IMG/VR virus record: IMGVR_UViG_3300028588_000028
Location: 1 to 58,978 of that record
DNA length: 58,978 bases
Strand: one strand, 5' to 3'
Origin: a virus
Taxonomy: Duplodnaviria > Caudoviricetes
Shown here: positions 1 through 8,817 of the stretch, piece by piece
How the letters are laid out: each line of letters starts with the position of its first letter
Numbering within the stretch: position 1 is the stretch's first letter
The notes under the pieces: model-generated
Databases searched by the model: none
Told to the model about the DNA's origin: nothing
The model's input: only the letters and a program-made list of their open reading frames with translations
Program-made: the position numbers and the translations under genes

Positions 1-137
1 ACGGCGTGTGTAGGAGTACCTGTTGCGCCGAGGCGGAATGTCGGCTGTAAAGGCGGCGGATATGGCCCGTAAAGCGGCTGTAACGCCCCGCGTCGAGTTC
101 GTGCTGTGGCACTCGCACTACAACCATGTGGAACCCT
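1..137. repeat. Terminal overlap with 58842-58978 (circular or circularly permuted assembly)
   Basis: The two copies are identical except at position 11 (T) versus 58852 (G). Confidence 0.95.
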
Positions 138-295
138 CGGGGAGGGATGTGCAAATCTTCCCGAAATGGCTGGCGAATGTGGGTGTGGTCTACCACGCAC
201 CCACGCAGACCTCGACGCGTTACAGCGGCGCTGGAATCATTCCTCCAGTAGGGGTGTCCAACTCAGGAGCTAGTACGACAGGGGACAACGCATGA
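2..295 (+). CDS. 3' part of a hypothetical protein gene that spans the contig ends (starts at ATG 58510, about 208 aa)
   Basis: The frame from 58510 runs open through the terminal overlap into ORF 23..295; TGA overlaps the next ATG. Confidence 0.7.
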
Positions 296-633
296 CCACG
301 AACGCACAGGCTGCACTGATGGCGGCTGCATCGTACCAGGCTAGCTCTAGGTCAGACGAGAACGACACGCTCAACACCGCCGAGATGTTCAAGGACTGGC
401 TCGACAAGCAGGATGCTGCAGACCGCCGTGTCAAGGGGCGTGTCGTCGCCAAGCGCGACCTGGACGCCGTGCGCACAGCGTTCGGCAAGACGCCGTGTCC
501 CGAGGACGTGTTCGTCATGCGTCCTGGACAGCTCGCGCCCACTCAGCACGAGCGTGAGGTGCTACCAGCCAGCACGAGGTTCGTCACACACGAGCACGGC
601 CTGGCTCAGGGGTGGGTGGCTGAGCGTGGCTGA
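292..633 (+). CDS. hypothetical protein
   Basis: ORF with GGGGA RBS, ATGA coupling and phage-like codon usage. Confidence 0.75.
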   Translation: MTTNAQAALMAAASYQASSRSDENDTLNTAEMFKDWLDKQDAADRRVKGRVVAKRDLDAVRTAFGKTPCPEDVFVMRPGQLAPTQHEREVLPASTRFVTHEHGLAQGWVAERG

Positions 634-1162
634 GGTGAGCCGGGCTGGGCGACCCAAGGAGGAGTCCAGCGAGGAGCCCAAGAAGAAGCGCTTACGTCCG
701 CCTCCGAGTCGGTATGCAGGCTTCATGGATGGCACGCTGTCTGTGGAAGACCTGGACGACGAGGAGGTCATGCGCGGTCAGCTCAAGGCTCGCGACGGCA
801 CGTTCAAGGGTGGCGTGCCGCTGTCCATCCCTCGGGAGTTCTACACAGCCATCCGCATCGAACAGCAGAAGCGCTTCACCGAGGGGCTGAACCCGCTCGT
901 GCTGAAGGCGCTGGACACGCTGGCGTACGTGATGAAGCCGGACTACCGTGCACAGCCGGGCGACGCAGCCAAGGTCAAGGCCGCCACCTACATCATCGAC
1001 CGCTTCGCCGGGAAGACGCCCGAGAACGTGCAGCTCAAGGCCGAGGTCACCAACAAGTTCGAGGATGTGGCGGCTGATATCCTGATCGACGTTGACGAGC
1101 AGCGTAGTATTGCGAGTTCAATCACCAAGGAGGAGGAAGACGATGACCTCGGAGACATCTGA
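626..1162 (+). CDS. putative terminase small subunit
   Basis: GTG start overlaps the upstream stop; LSVEDLDDEEVMRGQLK and AATYIIDRFAGK motifs resemble actinophage TerS; lies upstream of TerL; TTA codon at 692. Confidence 0.55.
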   Translation: MAEVSRAGRPKEESSEEPKKKRLRPPPSRYAGFMDGTLSVEDLDDEEVMRGQLKARDGTFKGGVPLSIPREFYTAIRIEQQKRFTEGLNPLVLKALDTLAYVMKPDYRAQPGDAAKVKAATYIIDRFAGKTPENVQLKAEVTNKFEDVAADILIDVDEQRSIASSITKEEEDDDLGDI

Positions 1163-1769
1163 CGACATCCAGCTCAACACCCGGCTCGACATCGTAGAAG
1201 GCCAACTGTCTGAACCAGGGGTGCAGGCCATCTCGGTCGGGTTCGTACGCCTGGAGAGCTTCAACGGCGAGCTGGCTGAGGAGTACGACGTGTTCATCAA
1301 GGCGTCGAACTACAGCCCAGACGACGACGGTGCCCGGGAGGTAGCCACGCAGCTCATCATGGCCGGTGAGTCCATCCTGCAGAAGCTCAACCCGGAGATG
1401 ACCGAGGACGAGCGCATCATCCAGGAGCTGATCAAGGGTGGCATGGAGCCCAACGTCGCACGCACCACGGGTGTCAAGCTCGTGAAGCAGCTGAACGAGT
1501 CGCCGCTCAACCGGACCATGCACCCTCAAGACCCCGAGCGATGGGCGGGCATCAACAGCCAGGCCGAGCTGGATGAACAGCGACAGGCGTGGGGTGTCGA
1601 GCCAGAGCGCCCCCTCCGGCACGACATCCGCAGCTTCGAGACGCCTCAGCACGTCCTGGATGCCCGTGCAGCCCGCAAGGCGTCGCGAGACGGCCGAGAG
1701 CGGGACCAGAAGGCCCACAAGGACCGCGCCAAGGGCTTCAATCCGAAGCCCGCGAAGGGCGGCTCATGA
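1143..1769 (+). CDS. hypothetical protein
   Basis: ORF with GGAGGA RBS, coupled to neighbours. Confidence 0.75.
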   Translation: MTSETSDDIQLNTRLDIVEGQLSEPGVQAISVGFVRLESFNGELAEEYDVFIKASNYSPDDDGAREVATQLIMAGESILQKLNPEMTEDERIIQELIKGGMEPNVARTTGVKLVKQLNESPLNRTMHPQDPERWAGINSQAELDEQRQAWGVEPERPLRHDIRSFETPQHVLDARAARKASRDGRERDQKAHKDRAKGFNPKPAKGGS

Positions 1770-1876
1770 GCCAGCACATGCACCAGAAGCGCCCTGAGCC
1801 CTGGGAGTGGGCCTTCGTGGTGACGATCGTGGTCGGCGTCCTCGTGTCGTACGTGCTGTGGGGAGGCATGTCGTGA
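1766..1876 (+). CDS. small membrane protein
   Basis: MSQHMHQKRPEPWEWAFVVTIVVGVLVSYVLWGGMS has one TM helix; ATGA coupling. Confidence 0.6.
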   Translation: MSQHMHQKRPEPWEWAFVVTIVVGVLVSYVLWGGMS

Positions 1877-2187
1877 GCGCCAGCTCGATCCCGCCCATGA
1901 GCCCCGAGAACCGCAAGGCGCTGAGCACCCTGCAGGACGCCATCCAGGACTACATGCAGGAGCGCTGGGACAACGCACCCGAGATGGCCGGAGAGGTGCA
2001 CCCGTTCCTGATGGACTTCGCGTGTGTCGTGCAGATACGCCACATGTCCGAGGACGGAACCATCCACGACGACTACGCAGTCATCCGCAACCTCGGACAG
2101 GCACCACACGTCACCAAGGGTGTCCTGCAAGAGGGCATCGAGACCATCCAAGAAGAACAAGTGCTGGAGGAGTACGGCGATGAGTAA
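1873..2187 (+). CDS. hypothetical protein
   Basis: GTGA coupling, GGAGG RBS. Confidence 0.7.
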   Translation: MSASSIPPMSPENRKALSTLQDAIQDYMQERWDNAPEMAGEVHPFLMDFACVVQIRHMSEDGTIHDDYAVIRNLGQAPHVTKGVLQEGIETIQEEQVLEEYGDE

Positions 2188-2620
2188 CGCGATCAACAAG
2201 GTGCAGGTGCAGGCCGCGATGCAGAACGCGGCCCAGGCCAAGGGGCAAGACACGCTCCGCGAGTTCGACAAGGTGTGGGCAGCGATCAACCGAGGCGAGT
2301 TCGACATCGAAGAGCCCAAGGCTGAGGACTCGCTGGCTGGTGAGCTGGACGCCATCAAGGCGCTCAGCGCGAACACGCAGCGCTTCGTGGACAGCGCCCA
2401 TGGCCCGGGCGAGTACCTCGTGACGGACTGGGCTCTCGCCATCTCAGTCCGCTACCTGCAGGGCGAACAGGAAGCGTGGGCTGCAGGTCTGCCCGAGATG
2501 GTTACGTACGCCACAGAGCCGAGCGGGTCCATCGTGGCCGAGATCGGCGCACTACAGGTCATCCACGAGCGCCTCATGCGCATCGCAGCCAACGGGAACC
2601 ACCTCGCCAAGAGCGAGTAG
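2180..2620 (+). CDS. hypothetical protein
   Basis: GGAGGAG RBS; overlaps the previous stop. Confidence 0.75.
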   Translation: MSNAINKVQVQAAMQNAAQAKGQDTLREFDKVWAAINRGEFDIEEPKAEDSLAGELDAIKALSANTQRFVDSAHGPGEYLVTDWALAISVRYLQGEQEAWAAGLPEMVTYATEPSGSIVAEIGALQVIHERLMRIAANGNHLAKSE

Positions 2621-2707
2621 GCTGATCCCGCTTGCCGGATCTCGGTTGCCATGGCCGAGCAGACAACCCCGTAACTCCAACTCGCCGAGTCGGAAAGTGC
2701 GGGGTGT

Positions 2708-2736
2708 TTGCTTTTCCCGAGAAGATGGAGCATACT
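2708..2736 (+). promoter_or_regulatory. SigA-type (early) promoter
   Basis: TTGCTT-N17-CATACT; the same layout recurs at about 10 other intergenic sites. Confidence 0.75.
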
Positions 2737-2781
2737 GTTCTTACGCGGTTGGAAGGACCACCCGCTGGAAGGGCCGAGACC

Positions 2782-2964
2782 ATGTTCAAGATGGCTACCG
2801 TTGCAGAGATCCAGGCTGAGGTTGTTCGCTTCCAGGCTGTGATCGGCGACAAGTTCGAGGTCAGCCCGAACCGCTACGGCCTCTATGTAGTCTGCAAGGT
2901 GTGCGGCGAGTCCGGCACTCACGACCGCGCGTATCGCATGGCCGACACCCACGCAGCCTGCTGA
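2782..2964 (+). CDS. small hypothetical protein with CxxC...H motif
   Basis: ATG follows the promoter and AAGGA hairpin leader. Confidence 0.65.
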   Translation: MFKMATVAEIQAEVVRFQAVIGDKFEVSPNRYGLYVVCKVCGESGTHDRAYRMADTHAAC

Positions 2965-2973
2965 GCCAACGAG

Positions 2974-3002
2974 TTGCGGGATCTCGCGAAAACCCGTATA
3001 CT
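2974..3002 (+). promoter_or_regulatory. SigA-type (early) promoter
   Basis: TTGCGG-N17-TATACT. Confidence 0.7.
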
Positions 3003-3043
3003 CGAACACAAGCGGCTGGAAGGACCAGCCAAGAGAGGTAACA

Positions 3044-3421
3044 ATGCGCTTCCTGGACACACTCGAAGTCGGTAGCAAGGTCGCTGTCACCGGTCGCAAC
3101 GACAGCATTCGGATCCGCACCATCGTGCGCATGACCAAGACCCAGTTCGTCCTGGACAACGACGCCCGGTTCAACCGCAGCTCCGGCAGCATCGTCGGTG
3201 GGAGCATCTGGGACACCGCCATCATCATCGACCCTGAGAGCTATGGAGCACGCTTGCGCATCGCGAAGCAGCGTATGCGACTGGCGTATCAGGGGTTGCA
3301 AGAGAGCATGGCGCACATGCGAGACTTCCCGACCGACTCTGCCATCGCAGACACGCGAGAGTCCTTCGAGGCATACCAGGTCACCGTCCGGACCGTCCGT
3401 CAGATCGAGGAGAACCACTGA
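3044..3421 (+). CDS. hypothetical protein (possible SH3-like beta-barrel N-terminus)
   Basis: GAGAGG RBS; LEVGSKVAV...IVRMTKTQFVL pattern. Confidence 0.75.
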   Translation: MRFLDTLEVGSKVAVTGRNDSIRIRTIVRMTKTQFVLDNDARFNRSSGSIVGGSIWDTAIIIDPESYGARLRIAKQRMRLAYQGLQESMAHMRDFPTDSAIADTRESFEAYQVTVRTVRQIEENH

Positions 3422-3924
3422 TGCCTAGCAACGCCTGTGCCGAACACGGCCTCGTGTTCCCGACACCCGAGAAGTTCGATCTGCACATGAACGAGGTGCA
3501 CTACTACCCCGTCGACACGCGCGTGGCTGCAGACGGCTATGTCAGCCATGGCACCGTCGTCGGACACAACGAGCATCTCGGCATCAAGGTCGAGTTCGAC
3601 AGCGGACAACACCCCGAGTTCTTCTGGGCGGTCGACTTGCGCAAGCTGAAAGACCAGCGCCCGTTCGATCGGGAACCGAAGCCGAGCGGCGAGATGGTCG
3701 CCATGTCGCACGAGACCGAGGGCTTCTGCTTCTGCGGTACGACGCACAAGCCCGACTCCAACAACGCCGTCTACATCAAGCGCATCAAGCAAGAGATCGA
3801 CCGTCTCCACGGGCAGATGAACAAGTACACGTCGTCGAACACGCTCAGCTATGTGCAGCTCCTGGGCAAGCGACAGGGTCTCGAACACGCCCTCCTGGTG
3901 CTGGGGGTGGAGATCGATGAGTGA
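3421..3924 (+). CDS. hypothetical protein
   Basis: TGATG coupling, GAGGAG RBS. Confidence 0.75.
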   Translation: MPSNACAEHGLVFPTPEKFDLHMNEVHYYPVDTRVAADGYVSHGTVVGHNEHLGIKVEFDSGQHPEFFWAVDLRKLKDQRPFDREPKPSGEMVAMSHETEGFCFCGTTHKPDSNNAVYIKRIKQEIDRLHGQMNKYTSSNTLSYVQLLGKRQGLEHALLVLGVEIDE

Positions 3925-4066
3925 CACTGAGTTCTACGACGCCGTCGTTAGGATGCAAGAAGATCTCGGTCGCAAGGTGTCCATCACCCAACTCTCGTTC
4001 GTGTACAAGGCGTACATTGAGTTCAAGCTCCATGACGCGTTCACCAGGCCGGTGTTCTGTGCCTGA
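3917..4066 (+). CDS. small hypothetical protein
   Basis: GGAG RBS; overlapping start and stop. Confidence 0.5.
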   Translation: MSDTEFYDAVVRMQEDLGRKVSITQLSFVYKAYIEFKLHDAFTRPVFCA

Positions 4067-4235
4067 GCTGCCCGCGCACTTCGAGATGCCGGTCGTCGAA
4101 GTGTACGTGCACGGCGATCCCATGTTCCAGGGTGTATGTTGGTGCGGCAAGCGTACGAAGGTGCGCTTCAACCCCGGGAGCGCCTCTCGCAGCATACAGG
4201 AGCATGTCGTTGCCAAGGGCGGCGTGGTCCGATGA
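4059..4235 (+). CDS. small hypothetical protein (CWCG motif)
   Basis: GTG start overlaps the previous gene. Confidence 0.5.
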   Translation: MPELPAHFEMPVVEVYVHGDPMFQGVCWCGKRTKVRFNPGSASRSIQEHVVAKGGVVR

Positions 4236-4372
4236 GCGCAGCGAGGGTGCAGGACAAAGCCATATCAGGCATGAGACTTGCTAGCTCGGTCCGGTTGTGC
4301 GATCATGGCGTTAGAGTGTTGCTGTTGAAGGTGGATCGTTACTTCTGCCTGCTTTGCCGCATGACCTGCTGA
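4232..4372 (+). CDS. small Cys-containing hypothetical protein
   Basis: ATGA coupling; CDH...CLLC. Confidence 0.4.
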   Translation: MSAARVQDKAISGMRLASSVRLCDHGVRVLLLKVDRYFCLLCRMTC

Positions 4373-4418
4373 CAGAGTAGGCTCTCACATGTGCGGCGGA
4401 GCGTGAACGGCCTGCCCC

Positions 4419-4471
4419 AGCCCCTGTCTCTCCCCATCGGGTGGGTTGAGAGACAGGGGCTTCTCTCGTTT
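4419..4471 (+). terminator. intrinsic terminator hairpin
   Basis: 13-bp stem AGCCCCTGTCTCT / AGAGACAGGGGCT followed by a pyrimidine run. Confidence 0.65.
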
Positions 4472-4488
4472 CGGGGTAAACTCTTCGG

Positions 4489-5934
4489 ATGACCACCACG
4501 ATCCCGAACACGCGCGACAACACTGGGCGCAAGAAGAGCATGTCCATGCGCAAGCTGTTCGACAAGGTGGAGTACAAGCCGCACGACGGACAGGTCCACG
4601 TCCACGCAGCCCGGCGGATGGCTCGGTTCCGCCTCGCGAGCTGCGGACGACGCTACGGCAAGTCCAACCTGGGCGGTCACGAGCTGACTGCTGCTGCGAT
4701 GAAGGCGTACTACGCCAAGGAAACCCTCAATCCGAAGGGCAAGCGCCACGAGTACTGGATCGTCGGCCCGGAGTACAGCGACGCAGAGAAGGAATTCCGC
4801 GTCATGTACAACGACATGGTCGGCTTGGGGATGGACTTCGACCAGCCGGGCACGTACTACAGCGCCGACGGAACCAACATGTCGGTGTCGCTGTTCGGCG
4901 GGCGCTTCCTCGTGCACGCCAAGAGCGCCAAGTACCCTCAGAACCTGGTCGGTGAGGCGCTCATGGGTGCGGTCTTCGCCGAGGCGAGCAAGCTCAAGCC
5001 CACGGTCTGGACCAAGTACATCCGCCCGACCCTCGCCGACTACGCCCGTGAAGGCTCCTGGGCGCTGTTCGCCAGCACTCCAGAGGGGAAGAACTGGTTC
5101 TACGACCTCTACATGCGCGGACAGAACCCAGCTGATCCGCAGTGGTGGTCAACGCGCCAGCCTTCTTGGACGAACAACTACCTGTTCCCCGGTGGCGCCA
5201 TGGATCCCGAGATCCTCGACATGAAGGGCGACATGACCGAGGAGAAGTTCAAGCAGGAGATCGAAGCCGACTTCACGGAGTTCACCGGACGCGTGTTCAA
5301 GCGCTTCTCCGAAGAGGACAACGTTGGAGACTACCCGTACGACCCGCGCTGGCCGGTGTACCTGGCTACAGATTATGGTTTCACCAACCCGAACGTGATG
5401 CTGTTCGTGCAAGTTGACATCTGGGGCAAGGTTTGGGTGTGCGCGGAGTACTACCAGCGCAACCGCACCAGCCAGGAGTTCGCAGCAGACATCGCCTCCG
5501 ACCCAAAACTGGGTGCTCTGGCCAGGAAGGCGTCGCTCCTGTACCCCGACCCAGAAGACCCCGGTGCTAGCGCCACCCTGGCCAACGCGCTGGGCGTCCT
5601 GCCCCAGAGCGGGACCGGGGGAGTCCTCGCCGATCGCATCGACCTCATCCGCCGCTGGCTCGTGCCCGGCCCGGACCACCTTGAGGACGGCGACCCCGAC
5701 AAGAAGCCCCGTCTGTTCTTCGATCGATCCTGCAAGGAGACGATCCGAGAGATGAACGACTATCGGTATCCGGAAACGGTGTCTGAGACCTCCAACGCCA
5801 AAGAGAACCCGATGAAGAAGGACGACCACGCTCCTGAGGCGCTCGGACGCTTCTTCGGAGGACACTTCAAGCAGGATGTCCAGGAGCAAGAGCACGCGAT
5901 CATCTCACACGCCCAGTATCAGCGGGGCCGGTAG
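4489..5934 (+). CDS. terL: terminase large subunit
   Basis: Walker A CGRRYGKS, Walker B-like VFAEA, STPEGKNWFY motif, nuclease TDYGFTNP and C-terminal DDHAPEALGRF. Confidence 0.95.
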   Translation: MTTTIPNTRDNTGRKKSMSMRKLFDKVEYKPHDGQVHVHAARRMARFRLASCGRRYGKSNLGGHELTAAAMKAYYAKETLNPKGKRHEYWIVGPEYSDAEKEFRVMYNDMVGLGMDFDQPGTYYSADGTNMSVSLFGGRFLVHAKSAKYPQNLVGEALMGAVFAEASKLKPTVWTKYIRPTLADYAREGSWALFASTPEGKNWFYDLYMRGQNPADPQWWSTRQPSWTNNYLFPGGAMDPEILDMKGDMTEEKFKQEIEADFTEFTGRVFKRFSEEDNVGDYPYDPRWPVYLATDYGFTNPNVMLFVQVDIWGKVWVCAEYYQRNRTSQEFAADIASDPKLGALARKASLLYPDPEDPGASATLANALGVLPQSGTGGVLADRIDLIRRWLVPGPDHLEDGDPDKKPRLFFDRSCKETIREMNDYRYPETVSETSNAKENPMKKDDHAPEALGRFFGGHFKQDVQEQEHAIISHAQYQRGR

Positions 5935-5959
5935 ACTCTCCTCCGACAAAGGAGGCATC

Positions 5960-6052
5960 ATGGGCGGCAAGCCGAACCCCGGCACCAAGAAGGGCAAGCG
6001 TCTCAAGAGCAACAAGCCCAAGACGTCCAAGCCCAAGAAGAAGGTCGTCTGA
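5960..6052 (+). CDS. 30-aa very basic peptide MGGKPNPGTKKGKRLKSNKPKTSKPKKKVV
   Basis: Strong AAAGGAGG RBS; TGA coupled to the next ATG; below the ORF-track cutoff. Confidence 0.7.
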   Translation: MGGKPNPGTKKGKRLKSNKPKTSKPKKKVV

Positions 6053-6624
6053 TGGCGTGGCCCGAGGGCGTTCCGACTGTGGATGTCGCCTGGTCCAGGG
6101 GCTATTCAGCTGAAGGCTCCCGGGTCGACGTCACTGCCACCGTCCGAGCCATCATGCCCGGAGCCGAGTACTTGGTTCATCAGCCCACGGGAGTGCGAAT
6201 GCTACCCCTGGCCACGCAGCACAAGGCGTCCAACGCTGATGAGCTGCTTGTCCTGGCTGCGATCGACGCGCCGGGATGGGTCGACGAGACCGGAGCCGAG
6301 TACAACGGCTGGTCCTACGAGGTCTCGCTGCGCTACCTCCAGCTCAACAAGGCTCAGACCGCTGTGCACAGCTTCCAGGTGTTCACCGGAGAGCCGACGT
6401 TGGATCTGGACGAGATCACACAGCAGGAGATCGGCCCGCCCACCGTCGTCACCCGCTACCCCGTCAAGAGCGTCGGCGGGATCCTGCCTGACGCTAACGG
6501 GAACATCCCCATCCAGGACGGCAACAGCCTGGCTCTGCAAGCCCACATCGACTCCCTCACCCCTCACCCCGTGTACGACAATGGCGAAGACCTCGCGCTC
6601 TACTTCGAGAATGGATTGATCTGA
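6052..6624 (+). CDS. putative virion structural or fibre-associated protein
   Basis: VKSVGGILPDANGNI motif typical of tail fibre/adaptor proteins. Confidence 0.65.
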   Translation: MAWPEGVPTVDVAWSRGYSAEGSRVDVTATVRAIMPGAEYLVHQPTGVRMLPLATQHKASNADELLVLAAIDAPGWVDETGAEYNGWSYEVSLRYLQLNKAQTAVHSFQVFTGEPTLDLDEITQQEIGPPTVVTRYPVKSVGGILPDANGNIPIQDGNSLALQAHIDSLTPHPVYDNGEDLALYFENGLI

Positions 6625-7139
6625 TGGCCACCCAGGAAACGCGTCTCAAGGCTGCACTGCTCAGCATCCGCAACAAGTTCAACAGCATCACCACTGCCAT
6701 CGGCCCGCTGGCCGACCTGACGACCACGGCGCGCGGCAGCATCGTCAACGCCCTCAACGAGGTCGACGGTCGCGTCAAGGCGATCAGCGGGAGCGCGGGC
6801 GGTGCGACGATCAACGACACCACGCCCTCGCAGACGACGACCTACAGCTCGACCAAGAGCGAGTCGCGTCTGAGCGAGGTGGCAGCTGCGGTCAAGGCCG
6901 ATGTCCTCGGAGGAGTCGGCGAAGCCACCGACACCCTGTCCGAGTTCAAGTCCTACGTTGACGCTGGCCAGGGTGCAGACCTCACAGCCCTCGCCAACCG
7001 CTTGCGGATCGACCAGGTCGTCGCCTACACCGCCGACCAGAAGGCCTTCGGTATCGGCAACCTCGGCGCGGTCTCCATCGACGCCATCGGCAACCCGGAC
7101 GCTGACCTCGCTGCGTACTTCGAGGCTGGTCTGGCCTGA
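6624..7139 (+). CDS. putative virion fibre or decoration protein
   Basis: LTTTARGSIVNALNEV and INDTTPSQTTTYSSTK motifs typical of phage fibre proteins. Confidence 0.65.
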   Translation: MATQETRLKAALLSIRNKFNSITTAIGPLADLTTTARGSIVNALNEVDGRVKAISGSAGGATINDTTPSQTTTYSSTKSESRLSEVAAAVKADVLGGVGEATDTLSEFKSYVDAGQGADLTALANRLRIDQVVAYTADQKAFGIGNLGAVSIDAIGNPDADLAAYFEAGLA

Positions 7140-8029
7140 TGGTTGCGCAGGAGGCTCGCCTCAAGGCGCTCATTGACAGCGTTCGTCTGGAGATCAAGAA
7201 GCCGCGGGATCCCATGCCACCCCTGATGCGAGCGCTGCTTGTGCTGCGTGGCACGACCCCTGTGGTGATCGGCTATGTTGGATCTTCGACATTCCAGGGC
7301 AACAACGCTTCTGCCAACCACAAGCGCGTAGTCAACATCTTCACCGGGATGGTGCAGAGAGCCTTCCCGAATCAGATCAGCGCCGACGAGACCACGGTTC
7401 AGACCCTTGCTGGAGCAACAGCCGCGCGCATTACACAGCTTGGCGTGCACGGCATCAATGGCGGCGTAGGCGGCACTGGCACGGCCAATTACATCTCGGA
7501 CGCGGACGTGACCAAGCTCAACACGCTCGGTGTCAATGTTCGGATTCACTTCCCGACGACTAACGATCGCCGAAACAACATAGCCCCAGCTACATCCAAG
7601 GTCAATGTTCAGGGATGGATCACAAAGCTCAAGGCCGGGCAGCCCGGGCCGTCGATCGATATCCTGCTCACCAGCTATGAATCGTGGGATGGCACATACA
7701 CCTATGCCGGTTCAGCGTACGCGGCTGCCATGCGCGAGATCGCAGCGGATCCACAGAACAACGGCACCGTTTTCGCGCTCGACATCTCAGACGCTTACCT
7801 TCCCCTGGGTGTGCCTCCGACCTCAAAATTCGGCAACGACATCCTCGACATCGTCGACGCCGACAACTTGCACCAGAACGATAAAGGGCACGCGTACATG
7901 GCCGAGGTCTTGCGCATCAAGCTTGGAGTGCCTGTCGAGAACACACCGGTGGCAATCCTCCCTGTGGGAGGGGCTGTTCGGACTGGTGAGCAGGTTACCG
8001 AGTCGCTGGTCTTCACCAGGTCGAGCTGA
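7139..8029 (+). CDS. SGNH/GDSL-like hydrolase (esterase) domain protein
   Basis: Block I YVGSST, block II NGGVGG, block III TND, block V DNLHQNDKGH. Confidence 0.75.
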   Translation: MVAQEARLKALIDSVRLEIKKPRDPMPPLMRALLVLRGTTPVVIGYVGSSTFQGNNASANHKRVVNIFTGMVQRAFPNQISADETTVQTLAGATAARITQLGVHGINGGVGGTGTANYISDADVTKLNTLGVNVRIHFPTTNDRRNNIAPATSKVNVQGWITKLKAGQPGPSIDILLTSYESWDGTYTYAGSAYAAAMREIAADPQNNGTVFALDISDAYLPLGVPPTSKFGNDILDIVDADNLHQNDKGHAYMAEVLRIKLGVPVENTPVAILPVGGAVRTGEQVTESLVFTRSS

Positions 8030-8802
8030 TGACCGAGAAGAAGTTCCCCATGGAGGGAGTCGACGGTCGAGTAATCGCTCCGGGCGATGCCAATAGCCTG
8101 ACCGGGGCAAATCAGCAAGCGAACGGCACATGGAGCTTTGCTGCAGACGCCGCTCTGGAAGGCGGCACGGGGCTGAAAGCAATAGTGGCTTCAGCCACCA
8201 CCACTATCAGTCGCTTCACCCCGAGCGCCAGCAATGTCCAGATGTCAATTGGCACTGCAATGCGCATCGACCAGCTTCCGACGAAGACCTTCCATGCCTT
8301 CGCTTCTTTGCGCAACTCCGGAGGACCGGCGATGCGAGTGCTGCTAGGAGCGGACGGACGTCTCGCTCTGCGAGGGTCGGGCACTAGCGCTCCAGAGGTT
8401 GCTGCCACTGGCACGCTGACTCCGACCAAGATGTACTGGATGTCGCTTATCGCAAGCGCTACTGCGGGCACGGCATCACTGCGATTCTACGAAGCCTCCA
8501 CCAGGGCGCTCGCAGCTAGCATCGAGGCGACAGCGGGAGCCTTGAGTTTCAACGGCACCGGCGTTTTCAGCGCTCTCGACCTCGGCTGGATCAATAGCGA
8601 CCCCAACACGGGCCACGTATGTGCATTCGACTCCTTGGTAATCGACGACGGATCGACTGCCGAGAAGAAGCCCGCTTCTTGGTCTGCTCCGGCGTCCTTG
8701 GTCGGTAGCATGTACGACGGGTCGGCTGTTCAGCCCGGCGCGTTTAGAACCTATGACGGATCTGGCTTGCAGGAGCTGGCATCTGTCTCAGTAGCCCCGT
8801 AG
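8029..8802 (+). CDS. putative ConA/laminin-G-like carbohydrate-binding virion protein
   Basis: Beta-rich Ala/Gly/Thr sequence with a lectin-like pattern; coupled to the SGNH gene. Confidence 0.5.
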   Translation: MTEKKFPMEGVDGRVIAPGDANSLTGANQQANGTWSFAADAALEGGTGLKAIVASATTTISRFTPSASNVQMSIGTAMRIDQLPTKTFHAFASLRNSGGPAMRVLLGADGRLALRGSGTSAPEVAATGTLTPTKMYWMSLIASATAGTASLRFYEASTRALAASIEATAGALSFNGTGVFSALDLGWINSDPNTGHVCAFDSLVIDDGSTAEKKPASWSAPASLVGSMYDGSAVQPGAFRTYDGSGLQELASVSVAP

Positions 8803-8817
8803 AGTAGGATTGCGCAC

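Noticed and set aside
1-137. Terminal repeat as a biological direct terminal repeat; TAG (11-13) versus GAG (58852-58854) as evidence of recoding
   Set aside because: The repeat falls in the middle of a gene and has the size of an assembly overlap. The mismatch is 11 nt from the contig edge and is most simply a terminal base error.
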